A DNA stretch of 64,000 nt from Candidatus Omnitrophota bacterium (GTDB lineage: Bacteria > Omnitrophota > Gorgyraeia > Gygaellales > Profunditerraquicolaceae): contig CAWDSS010000017.1 in assembly GCA_963805065.1 (NCBI GenBank), positions 726-64,725 of the forward strand, given 5' to 3'. Under the pieces are notes generated by a model. That model was not told the DNA's origin. It worked only from the letters and a program-made list of their open reading frames with translations, and searched no databases. The position numbers were made by a program, and so were the translations under genes. This document shows, piece after piece, positions 56,135 through 63,781 of this stretch. How positions within the stretch are numbered: position 1 is the stretch's first letter; the number at the start of each line of letters is the position of its first letter.

Positions 56135-56162
56135 ATTATACTGCAAAATAATGCTAATGCAA
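56135..56162 (-). promoter_or_regulatory. Sigma70-type promoter candidate for the minor-pilin operon
   Basis: Minus strand: TTGCAT (56162-56157), a 16-nt spacer, TATAAT (56140-56135), about 45 nt upstream of the ATG at 56089. Confidence 0.4.
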
Positions 56163-56193
56163 ATAAAAAAGCTCCAAGGCAAACCTTAGAGCT
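56161..56193 (-). terminator. Rho-independent terminator downstream of mtaB
   Basis: The minus-strand RNA reads AGCUCUAAGG-UUUG-CCUUGGAGCU followed by UUUUUUAUUU. The single non-Watson-Crick position is a U-G wobble on the minus strand and a C-A mismatch on the plus strand. Confidence 0.7.
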
Positions 56194-56344
56194 TACTACC
56201 TCCTTGGCAGTGCAGCCAGCTGAGTTTCAGCTCTGTCACTTTGCGTCCCAAGATTGCTCCTGGTTTGCCTTTATCAATGAGTATATCCTTAACCTGTTCT
56301 CTATAATAAATATACACTATATTTTGTTGCTTTTCAAGGCTATA

Positions 56345-57532
56345 TTACACTATGTTTTGAGCTCTAATAAGGCAGGAAACCAGCTGATTTTTTAAGTTTT
56401 TACCGGATTTAATACGAATTTTTAAGTAATTATCCGTGTGACCTTCCCATAAACCAGATTTTTCCTTTGTTTCAAATAACACATTCATACGTTTATTGAA
56501 AAATCTTCTCTTATATTTTGACGACAAATCAGAACAAATTTTTCCCAATACCAAACTCCTTTGTTTTATTACCAAAGGACTAACTTTACCTGTGAGATTA
56601 TTTGCTTGTGTGCCCTGCCTCTGGGAATAAGGAAATACATGCACTTTAAGAGGTAAAATCTTTCTCATTAAATCTACGGTGTTGGCAAAATTTTTTTCGC
56701 TTTCACCCGGAAAACCCACCAAGCAATCAGTAGTGATACTCAACCCTGAAACACGCCTGTTTAATTTCCTGATCAGCCTAAGGTAATCATCCCGGGAATA
56801 CTTTCTGTTCATTTTCTTAAGGATTTCGTTGTCTCCGCTTTGTATAGGAATGTGTAAATGCCTGCACAATTTTTTTGATTTTGAAATTTTATCGATTAAT
56901 TCATCTGTGATGTCTCCTGCTTCTATAGAGCTTAACCTTATGCGTAGCAGGCCTGTAATTTCTTCTAATTTCAAGATTAGCGTAACAAGAGAAGTCTTTT
57001 GCTTTAGGTCTTTGCCGTATGAGCCAAGGTTTATGCCTGTCAGCACTAATTCTTTAAAACCTTTTTTAACCAGAAAATTCGCCTCATTTAAAACCTCCTC
57101 CAACTGCCTGCTGCGGGACCTGCCTCTTACCAAGGGCACCTTGCAATATGAACAAAAATTATCGCAGCCATCCTGGATCTTCAAGAATGCGCGCGTGTGG
57201 CCGCAGAAATCGCTTATACCGTCGGGAAAAAATCTTTTGCTGATAATTGCATCTATTAGCCTTATCTTGGATAAAGACACGCAATCTTTTTCCACAAGGC
57301 AGCCGGTAACGATAACTTTTGCCTTTGGGTTTTCTCTTTTCGCCCTGCGCACAAGGCCAAGAGACTCTGAATCTGCCCTGTGCGTTACTGTGCAGGTATT
57401 AATCAGATAAACTTGCGCAGGCTTCCCGTCAGAGATTTCTTTAAAGCCTTTCTGACTAAACCGCTCTCTGATACTCTGCGTATCGTATTGATTAACCTTG
57501 CAACCCAATGTATAAAATTTTATAGTCTTCAT
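56345..57532 (-). CDS. mtaB: tRNA t6A37 methylthiotransferase MtaB
   Basis: FYTLGCKVNQYDTQ and INTCTVTHRADSE (N-terminal cluster), IQDGCDNFCSYCKVP (radical SAM CxxxCxxC), and a C-terminal TRAM-like region. Confidence 0.87.
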   Translation of the reverse strand: MKTIKFYTLGCKVNQYDTQSIRERFSQKGFKEISDGKPAQVYLINTCTVTHRADSESLGLVRRAKRENPKAKVIVTGCLVEKDCVSLSKIRLIDAIISKRFFPDGISDFCGHTRAFLKIQDGCDNFCSYCKVPLVRGRSRSRQLEEVLNEANFLVKKGFKELVLTGINLGSYGKDLKQKTSLVTLILKLEEITGLLRIRLSSIEAGDITDELIDKISKSKKLCRHLHIPIQSGDNEILKKMNRKYSRDDYLRLIRKLNRRVSGLSITTDCLVGFPGESEKNFANTVDLMRKILPLKVHVFPYSQRQGTQANNLTGKVSPLVIKQRSLVLGKICSDLSSKYKRRFFNKRMNVLFETKEKSGLWEGHTDNYLKIRIKSGKNLKNQLVSCLIRAQNIV

Positions 57533-57539
57533 ATAATTT

Positions 57540-57754
57540 AATGAATCTGCCGGTTTTCTCGCTCAGCACGATTTTTTAACGCCAATGATCTTTCGTTCTT
57601 CGGCGGCTGCTGAACTCGTCGCATTTGCTCTAGCAAATGCTCCTCAAACAGCATCGCCGTGCCAGTGTTGTCGCTTCGCTCCACTGGCATTCCCTCATCA
57701 CTCAAGCTCCATTGGCTAAAATCGTGATTCGCTCGAAAATCCGGCAGATTCATT
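57540..57754. ncRNA. Candidate structured RNA/element, domain 1 (about 215 nt closed by a 14-bp helix)
   Basis: AATGAATCTGCCGG (57540-53) pairs with CCGGCAGATTCATT (57741-54). Nested helices are TTTTC/GAAAA, CACGATTTT/AAAATCGTG and GCCAATG/CATTGGC. Internal hairpins are GCATTTGC-TCTA-GCAAATGC and GCCAGTG-14nt-CACTGGC. GC-rich, with no convincing ORF. Confidence 0.3.
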
Positions 57755-57768
57755 TTCCAGCTTTCCGA

Positions 57769-57976
57769 GCGCCTGCTCTATTAGCGGATGGCTTGGCTGA
57801 TGTTTCGAGGGACATGGAGGCAAGGAACGGGCAAGGTTTCCGCATCCGGCTCCTACATAAAAAGAACGGACTTATACACGGCCCGGATGCGGAAGAGCGA
57901 CGCAGCCGACCTGAGCGAAGCATTTCCACGCTGGGGAAATGCGAGCGTTCCCGAGAAACACAGACAAGGCAGGCGC
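57769..57976. ncRNA. Candidate structured RNA/element, domain 2 (about 208 nt closed by GCGCCTGC/GCAGGCGC)
   Basis: Closing helix 57769-76 / 57969-76. GTTTCGAGGGA (57802-12) pairs with TTCCCGAGAAAC (57948-59). There is a 12-bp hairpin TTCCGCATCCGG (57838-49) / CCGGATGCGGAA (57883-94), and a hairpin GCATTTCC/GGAAATGC. Confidence 0.25.
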
Positions 57977-58006
57977 GTAGTGCAGGACGCGAGAAGAACA
58001 ATAAGG

Positions 58007-58744
58007 TTATTGAGGACTTAAGTATAACTTAATGAAACTCGCTACGGTCACTGCAGCTGTTTCAACTCGCAAGACAGATTCACCTAGCGAAACTGCCACA
58101 AACCCATTTCTTTTAGCCAAATCAATTTCCTCGTCGGCAAAATCGCCTTCCGGCCCGATAAGCACTAAAATATTTTTAGGCTTGCTGTTAAGCGCATCTT
58201 TCAAGAATTTTCTTTTTCCTGGTAAGGTAGGAATTAATTTTAAATCATAATCTTTCGAACCTAAAATGACCTTTTTTATATCGCTTACAACATCAATGGC
58301 CGGAACGGTAGTACGCTGGCTCTGCTGGCTGGCGCTTAAAGCTATGCGTTTCCAACGTTCATGCAGCAGGGATTCCTTGTGTTTATCTAACTTCACAACC
58401 ACGCGCTCTGTTTTTAAAGGAATAATCCTATCCACGCCTAACTGGGTCAATTTATCGACAATATCCGACATATTGGATTTTTTGGGGATTGCGCAGGCGA
58501 TAGTCAAATTAATCTTATTTTGTTTATTTACGGACAATCGTTTGTTTTTAATCTGCAGGGTGATGGTGTTTTGGATTTTTTCAATAATACAATCATACTC
58601 ATTGCCATTTTTATCAACGATAGTCAGCTTATCTTTGGGTTTAAGCCGCAAAACATCCCTGATATGATGAGCCTGATTATAGTCAACAATAGTTATCGTA
58701 TTTTGAAAAATATTGCTTTGGGTAGAAAAAAACCTGTTCATCAA
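58007..58744 (-). CDS. rsmE: 16S rRNA (uracil1498-N3)-methyltransferase
   Basis: MNRFF start, PUA-like N-terminus, C-terminal SPOUT block LIGPEGDFADEEI...VSLGESVLRVETAAV. Confidence 0.87.
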   Translation of the reverse strand: MMNRFFSTQSNIFQNTITIVDYNQAHHIRDVLRLKPKDKLTIVDKNGNEYDCIIEKIQNTITLQIKNKRLSVNKQNKINLTIACAIPKKSNMSDIVDKLTQLGVDRIIPLKTERVVVKLDKHKESLLHERWKRIALSASQQSQRTTVPAIDVVSDIKKVILGSKDYDLKLIPTLPGKRKFLKDALNSKPKNILVLIGPEGDFADEEIDLAKRNGFVAVSLGESVLRVETAAVTVASFIKLYLSPQ

Positions 58745-59391
58745 AAGCTCCTTAAGATTAATTGAACACCTAGATAAATAATTATAATGCCGAATACAAA
58801 ATTAAAAATGCGGCTATAGTTATTTTTATACATAACCGCCTTGGTTACAGCGCTGCTAAAAATAACAAGTATCAAAAGGGGCGAGACAAAAGTCCCCAAT
58901 CCAAAGAACAAACTGTACAATAAAGCATCGACCCAGTGTTTAGCAACCAGGCCTATGTAAGACAAAACTGAAATCAGCGGCGCGCAGGGAAGAATTCCGA
59001 CTATTAATCCGAAAATTAATACGGTCTTAGAATCTTTGTTTAAGAAAAACTCCTGGAACTTTTTACAAAACAAATGCTTCGTATCTTTGCCGAAAGCAAC
59101 TAATACTCCTATTACAGTAATAAATAAGCCGCCCGATATAAAAAAATACTTTGCTGCCGATGCAAATTTATATTCAATAACCGCCTGGCCTAACAGGAAA
59201 ACGAGTATACCAAGGCACATATAAATAAATATGCGGCTCAAGGAAAAAAGCAGGTACACTAAAATGCTCCTAATTACGTTCTTGTTTGTCCCGGCGGTAT
59301 ACGATATTAAAAGCGGGCCGCAGCTGGCCATGCAAGGCCCCAAACCAAACGATAGCCCCAGTAAAAATGAGCTAAGTATTATTTTTGTCAT
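58741..59391 (-). CDS. CcdA/DsbD-superfamily (DsbD_2-type) membrane protein
   Basis: Six predicted TM segments. Cys motifs sit in TM1 (GLGPCMASCGPLL) and TM4 (GILPCAPLIS), like the thiol-disulfide electron conduits CcdA/DsbD. Confidence 0.6.
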   Translation of the reverse strand: MTKIILSSFLLGLSFGLGPCMASCGPLLISYTAGTNKNVIRSILVYLLFSLSRIFIYMCLGILVFLLGQAVIEYKFASAAKYFFISGGLFITVIGVLVAFGKDTKHLFCKKFQEFFLNKDSKTVLIFGLIVGILPCAPLISVLSYIGLVAKHWVDALLYSLFFGLGTFVSPLLILVIFSSAVTKAVMYKNNYSRIFNFVFGIIIIYLGVQLILRSF

Positions 59392-59397
59392 TAAAAA

Positions 59398-60957
59398 TTA
59401 TTTTTCTGAAAAAACTTCGGCAGTAAAGATATAGATATCCGTTGATTTATCTTTCCAGGCTAGAGGTGGAAGGCCGGCCTTATGAGAACATAGCGTGGAT
59501 AAAAATTCTTCTTTACTCCATCCCGTCTCCGTTGCCACTTGCGGAAGGAAAACGCCGCTGTTGAAACCTTTTCTTACCAAAACCCCATGAACGCCTAATT
59601 GGATTTTATCAACTGAGTCTATTTTTTCCAATGGCGATAAAACCGATATTTCAATCTCTATTGTTTCAAGTTCTGATAAGTTTACCCTTGAAAACCTTGG
59701 GTCACCTGTAGCCGCCTCCACAGCCATATCCCTTACTGTAAGGTAAAGCGGCTGGCTTCCTACTAAATTTCCTATGCATCCGCGTAATTCCCCATGTTCA
59801 TTCAGGGTTACAAAAGCACTCATCTGTTTAAGCAAAACAGGATCTTGCTCGCTCACTGTTAATTTTTTACCGGTCTTAAGATACGTTTCAATGGAATTTC
59901 TTGCAATTTGCAATAATTTATTTCTTTGTTCGGTATTTAACATGGTTATTTCTCCTTTGGGCTGGTCTATTGCGCAACTAGTGTAGCCTACAGTCCAAAC
60001 TCCCTTTTTCTTATTCCCGGTTACTACAGCAGAATTTGTATGATTTAATACATTACAAATATTATGCCCGAGTTCTTTTGATAAAATTATCGTGCAAACC
60101 ACTCCAAAACCGCCGCAAAGCTGGAGTTTCCCTTCTCTCAAACCGTAATACAAACCTTCAGCATCCATGTTCTTTATAAATGACAAGGTCAAATTATCTA
60201 CTCTCTCTGCTTCCTCGTAATCGTATCCGTGATACATATCAGTTGAGACAATAACCAGCACATCTTTACGTTCACCTATAGCGTCTTTAAGTAATGCTGC
60301 TAATTTCTTACAAGTCGCAAGCGCACAATCGCCCATAATAATCGGCACAATCTTATACCCTGAAAGAGACTTTTGTAAAAACGGTAGTTCTACTTCTACT
60401 GAATGTTCTTTTTCAAACGCCAGCGACTCAAAAATAATATCGTCTGATTTATTGAGCAATTTTTGCGTAAAATCATCATCAATTGTTATGTCGCCTAACG
60501 GAGTACGGAAGACCCCCCTGGGATATATAGAAATGCCGCTAAACCCGTAATAATGGCTTGGCCCGATTACAATCACTGTTTTGTAGGGCTTGCCTGTTAT
60601 CAACTTGTAACCAAAAGCTGCAGTCTGCCCTGAATAGCCATAACCTGCATGGGGAGAAATCAAAGCAAATATTTCGCCTTTTACTGGTTGAGGATTGGCC
60701 TTGGCAAAGAAAGTATCAAGCATCCCGGATAATTCTTTTGGATTATCGGGATAGAATGCGCCTGCTACATTGGGGTATTTAATATCCTGGGCGAAACAGA
60801 AAAAGTTAAAAGGTAAAAGCAAAAAGGCAAAAGTACAAATTAAAAGTAAAAATTTTAGCTTTTTGCCTAAACTTTTTCCTTTTGGCTTTTTACTTTTCAC
60901 TTTAATTCCATACTCCTTCAATTTTTTCTCCGCAAAACTTACATCTGCCGTTTTCAA
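59398..60957 (-). CDS. Fused AmmeMemoRadiSam system protein B (Memo-like) + protein A (AMMECR1) with N-terminal signal-like sequence
   Basis: Memo block FALISPHAGYGYSGQTAA. AMMECR1 blocks GELRGCIGNLVG and GVFLPQV. The N-terminus is KKLKFLLLICTFAFLLLPFNFFCFA/QD. An alternative GTG start at 60900 sits 1 nt after the upstream stop. Confidence 0.85.
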   Translation of the reverse strand: MKTADVSFAEKKLKEYGIKVKSKKPKGKSLGKKLKFLLLICTFAFLLLPFNFFCFAQDIKYPNVAGAFYPDNPKELSGMLDTFFAKANPQPVKGEIFALISPHAGYGYSGQTAAFGYKLITGKPYKTVIVIGPSHYYGFSGISIYPRGVFRTPLGDITIDDDFTQKLLNKSDDIIFESLAFEKEHSVEVELPFLQKSLSGYKIVPIIMGDCALATCKKLAALLKDAIGERKDVLVIVSTDMYHGYDYEEAERVDNLTLSFIKNMDAEGLYYGLREGKLQLCGGFGVVCTIILSKELGHNICNVLNHTNSAVVTGNKKKGVWTVGYTSCAIDQPKGEITMLNTEQRNKLLQIARNSIETYLKTGKKLTVSEQDPVLLKQMSAFVTLNEHGELRGCIGNLVGSQPLYLTVRDMAVEAATGDPRFSRVNLSELETIEIEISVLSPLEKIDSVDKIQLGVHGVLVRKGFNSGVFLPQVATETGWSKEEFLSTLCSHKAGLPPLAWKDKSTDIYIFTAEVFSEK

Positions 60958-62002
60958 TATTATTCTGCATCACAAAATAGCCCTTGCGTTCAATTAAAAG
61001 TTTTTTGCATCTGGGGCAATACGTATTCTCTGCATCATTGCCTGCTACATTGCCAATGTAAACAAATTTTAGCCCGCAAGCTAAGGCGATTGCTCTAGCC
61101 TTTTCCAGGGTTTCAACGGGAGTGGCATTAAGGCTAGTGAGTTTATACATGGGGAAAAAACGCAAGAAATGTATTGGCGTATCTACGCCTAAATTTTCTT
61201 TTATCCATAGGCACATTTTCCTAATAGTATCCGGGTCATCATTGTATCCGGGTAAGACGACGTTAGTTATCTCTAAAAATACCTGTTCTTCTTTTAAAAT
61301 TTTTAAGGCCTTAAGCACAGGAGGCAGGGTTGCATCTGATATTTTGACATAAAAATCCTGCGTAAACCCTTTTAAATCAATATCGGCAGCATCAAGGTAT
61401 TTTGCCAATTGCCTAAGGGGCTCTTCGTTGATGTAGCCTGAGGAATGCATGACGTTTCTTATACCTTCTTTCCTGGCTAATTTTGCAATCTCAATCATAT
61501 ATTCATAAAATATCGTAGGCTCTGTATAGGTGTAGGCTATGGTGGGAGAGCCTGATGCTTTTACCTTTTTTATTATTTGTTTTGGCTCCAGGTAAAAATA
61601 GAGTGTTTCTTCCGGCCTGGCTTGAGATATATCCCAATTCCGGCAAAACTTACATTTCAAATTACAGCCTACGGTAGCTAGTGAAAAGGCTGTTGTAGAA
61701 GGAAGGAAATGGAAGAAGGGCTTTTTTTCTATAGGGTCAATATGCATTATAACTGCTTTTGCATAAACCAAAGTATATAATGAGCCTGCGCGGTTCTCCC
61801 TTACTCCACAATAACCTCTTTTACCCAAGGCTATAGTGCAGTTTCTAGGGCAAAGCACACATTGCACTATTTTTTTATCCAACTTATTATAAAATAGGGC
61901 TTCATGCGCACTTTGCCATACAGAAGAATCAGGCAAACGAAAACAGAGTAAAATTAAGATGAGTATAATTGAAATAGTCCATATCCATCTTAGAATTTTC
62001 AT
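60902..62002 (-). CDS. AmmeMemoRadiSam system radical SAM enzyme, paralog 1, with N-terminal TM extension
   Basis: HEALFYNKLDKKIVQCVLCPRNCTIALGKRGYCGVRENR (family N-terminal Cys motif) and GCNLKCKFCRNW (CxxxCxxC). Preceded by MKILRWIWTISIILILILLCF. Confidence 0.85.
   Translation of the reverse strand: MKILRWIWTISIILILILLCFRLPDSSVWQSAHEALFYNKLDKKIVQCVLCPRNCTIALGKRGYCGVRENRAGSLYTLVYAKAVIMHIDPIEKKPFFHFLPSTTAFSLATVGCNLKCKFCRNWDISQARPEETLYFYLEPKQIIKKVKASGSPTIAYTYTEPTIFYEYMIEIAKLARKEGIRNVMHSSGYINEEPLRQLAKYLDAADIDLKGFTQDFYVKISDATLPPVLKALKILKEEQVFLEITNVVLPGYNDDPDTIRKMCLWIKENLGVDTPIHFLRFFPMYKLTSLNATPVETLEKARAIALACGLKFVYIGNVAGNDAENTYCPRCKKLLIERKGYFVMQNNIENGRCKFCGEKIEGVWN
61362..61556. repeat. 195-nt near-identical tract shared with 62959-63153 (paralog 1 side)
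   Basis: By-eye alignment gives 4 differences in 195 nt (one T/C, one TGA/AGC triplet). The flanking paralogous sequence is much more diverged. Confidence 0.85.
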
Positions 62003-62043
62003 GTTAATCTCATTCAGCGAACTTTTAAACTTTGCAATTAACC

Positions 62044-62475
62044 CTAAGAACCTTTACATCCCGCCCCTTTCCCTGTTGTCCCCTCCACCCATGGATCAGT
62101 ATCAGTAACCTCCATAAACCATTCACGGCCGAGAGGGTTAGTTTTACGCACCCCCCACACACAACCTTCATCATCTACGCCATAATACCAATTACTGACA
62201 GACCCCGGAGGCAAATTAAGATTTAAATTTGTATTTATATTATCTGCACCTTCTTTAAATTCAGGATCCGGCCCAGAGGGATAGTATGTGCCAAATTTTA
62301 CATAATAATTTTTTTCAGCAGCGTGCATTAATCTAAGATTTGACTGCACCTCCATGTCATAAAGTTTTTCCCTTTTAGGGCCATAACTGACTATCGCTAC
62401 TGTAGCCAAAATGCCTATAATAACAACAGTAATTATAATCTCTATTAGGGTAACTGACTTTAACTTCTTCATCAA
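62044..62475 (-). CDS. Pilin-like protein with non-canonical prepilin leader
   Basis: MMKKLKS/VTLIEIIITVVIIGILATVAIV. Glu5 is present, but Ser replaces Gly at -1 and Val replaces Phe at +1. Located between the two rSAM paralogs. Confidence 0.65.
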   Translation of the reverse strand: MMKKLKSVTLIEIIITVVIIGILATVAIVSYGPKREKLYDMEVQSNLRLMHAAEKNYYVKFGTYYPSGPDPEFKEGADNINTNLNLNLPPGSVSNWYYGVDDEGCVWGVRKTNPLGREWFMEVTDTDPWVEGTTGKGAGCKGS

Positions 62476-62498
62476 TTTCCTCCTTTCTAATTATGCCA

Positions 62499-63599
62499 TC
62501 ACTTCCAAATTCCCGTTATTTTCTCTCCACAGAACTTGCATTTACCATCTTGAACATTATTCTGCATCACAAAATTGCCCTTACGTTCAATTAAAAGCCT
62601 CTTGCATCTCGGGCAATAGGTATTTTCTGATAAGGTTTGGCCCACGTTTCCTAAGTAAACAAATTTAAGGCCGCTTGCTAAAGCGATGGCTCTCGCTTTC
62701 TCCATGGTTTCTACAGGAGTAGGATTGAGGCTGGTAAGTTTATACATTGGGAAAAAACGGGAAAAATGTAACGGCGTATCGCTTCCTAAATTTTCTTTTA
62801 TCCATAGGCACATTTTCCTGATACTATCCGGGTCATCATTGTATCCGGGTAAAATCAAGTTGGTTATTTCTATAAATACCCCTTCTTGTTTTAAAATCTT
62901 CAAAGTCTTAAGCACCGGCTCTAATGTAGCTTCTGAAATCTTGGAATAGTAATCGTCAGTAAACCCTTTTAAATCAATATCGGCAGCATCAAGGTATTTT
63001 GCCAACTGCCTAAGGGGCTCTTCGTTGATGTAGCCAGCGGAATGCATGACGTTTCTTATACCTTCTTTCCTGGCTAATTTTGCAATCTCAATCATATATT
63101 CATAAAATATCGTAGGCTCTGTATAGGTGTAGGCTATGGTGGGAGAGCCTGATTGTTTTACTTTCTTTATTAAATCCGCAGGCGTAAGGTAAACATATTG
63201 CACATCTTCTGGTTTTGCCTGGGATATTTCCCAGTTCTGGCAAAATTTACATTTTAAATTACACCCCGTTGTTGCAATTGAAAAGGCTGTTGTAGAAGGA
63301 AGGAAATGAAAAAAGGGCTTTTTCTCTATGGGGTCAATATGGATAGCAACCGGCTTGGCAAAAACTAATGTGTATAATACGCCATCACGGTTTTCTCTAA
63401 CACCGCAATAGCCTCTCTTTCCAGCAGGGATTACGCATTGCCGTGGACAAAGCACGCATTGCACTATTTTTTTATCGAGCTTGTTATAAAACAGGGCTTC
63501 ATGCAATTTTTCCTGAGTGAAAGCCAAGCAAGGATAACGGCAAAAATAGGCCAGGCTGAATAAAATCAACACTCCCAATAACAATCTTAGAATCTTCAT
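62499..63599 (-). CDS. AmmeMemoRadiSam system radical SAM enzyme, paralog 2 (start moved to ATG at 63599)
   Basis: Same motifs as paralog 1 (CVLCPRQCVIPAGKRGYCGVRENR; GCNLKCKFCQNW). At 366 aa it is identical in length to paralog 1. The track start at 63689 would overlap the tRNA gene. Confidence 0.85.
   Translation of the reverse strand: MKILRLLLGVLILFSLAYFCRYPCLAFTQEKLHEALFYNKLDKKIVQCVLCPRQCVIPAGKRGYCGVRENRDGVLYTLVFAKPVAIHIDPIEKKPFFHFLPSTTAFSIATTGCNLKCKFCQNWEISQAKPEDVQYVYLTPADLIKKVKQSGSPTIAYTYTEPTIFYEYMIEIAKLARKEGIRNVMHSAGYINEEPLRQLAKYLDAADIDLKGFTDDYYSKISEATLEPVLKTLKILKQEGVFIEITNLILPGYNDDPDSIRKMCLWIKENLGSDTPLHFSRFFPMYKLTSLNPTPVETMEKARAIALASGLKFVYLGNVGQTLSENTYCPRCKRLLIERKGNFVMQNNVQDGKCKFCGEKITGIWK
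62959..63153. repeat. 195-nt near-identical tract shared with 61362-61556 (paralog 2 side)
   Basis: See the paired feature. Encodes the identical peptide run SGSPTIAYTYTEPTIFYEYMIEIAKLARKEGIRNVMHS.GYINEEPLRQLAKYLDAADIDLKGFT. Confidence 0.85.
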
Positions 63600-63639
63600 A
63601 TGAATATTATAGTTATGCTTACATTTCTGCGAAGCACAA

Positions 63640-63712
63640 TGGACCCGAGCGGATTCGAACCGCTGACCTCCGCAATGCGAATGCGGCATTCTCCCAACTG
63701 AACTACGGGCCC
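63640..63712 (-). tRNA. tRNA-Ala (anticodon CGC)
   Basis: Reverse complement: GGGCCCG-TA-GTTC-AGTTGGGA-GAAT-G-CCGCA-TTCGCAT-TGCGG-AGGTC-AGCGG-TTCGAAT-CCGCT-CGGGTCC-A. A 73-nt cloverleaf with the G3-U70 alanine identity pair. CCA is not encoded. Confidence 0.93.
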
Positions 63713-63781
63713 GAATTATTCTATAATCCCTATATTTATATTATACCATGAATTTAGCGGGAGATAAATAGCGCAGGTTTA

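Noticed and set aside
57538-57753. 71-aa minus-strand ORF (MNLPDFRANHDF...ERENRQIH) as a real small protein between rsmE and mtaB.
   Set aside because: Its first 14 nt and last 14 nt are reverse complements of each other, so the start and stop codons are part of the closing helix. Its codon usage (CCG, CGA, GCG, ACG, CGG) is unlike the rest of the window, and no good RBS precedes it. It was not fully excluded and is kept as an alternative under the structured-island finding.
57538-58006. Known RNA families for the GC-rich island: RNase P RNA, tmRNA, SRP RNA, cobalamin or SAM-I riboswitch, group II intron domain V, and a Tn3-type inverted repeat.
   Set aside because: Short look-alike strings exist: GGAGGCAAGGAACGGGC vs the RNase P GGAGGAAAGUCCGGGC; AAGAACGGACTTAT vs ACAGAACCCGGCUUAU; GAGCCGGATGCGGAAA vs the domain V start; CGCTCAG vs the Tn3 IR. 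However, the universally conserved cores (AGGAAAGUCC, a tRNA-like 3' end with GGUUCGAnUCC, the GGAA-closed SRP helix 8, the B12 box, AGAUAAG) are absent, or the spacing is wrong. Only a covariance-model search can settle this.
60811-60904. Quasi-palindromic AAAAGNN / NNCTTTT run at the rSAM / Memo-AMMECR1 junction as a long hairpin or third clean heptamer array.
   Set aside because: Periodicity is irregular (7-8 nt). The pattern is largely explained by Lys (AAA/AAG) codons of a signal-peptide n-region followed by Phe/Leu codons of the h-region. It is mentioned only as a loose relative of the heptamer arrays.
63600-63689. N-terminal 30 codons of the track ORF 62499-63689 (MPHSHCGGQRFESARVHCASQKCKHNYNIH).
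   Set aside because: This segment is the antisense or overlapping reading of the tRNA-Ala gene and its flank. The internal ATG at 63599 gives a 366-aa protein collinear with paralog 1.
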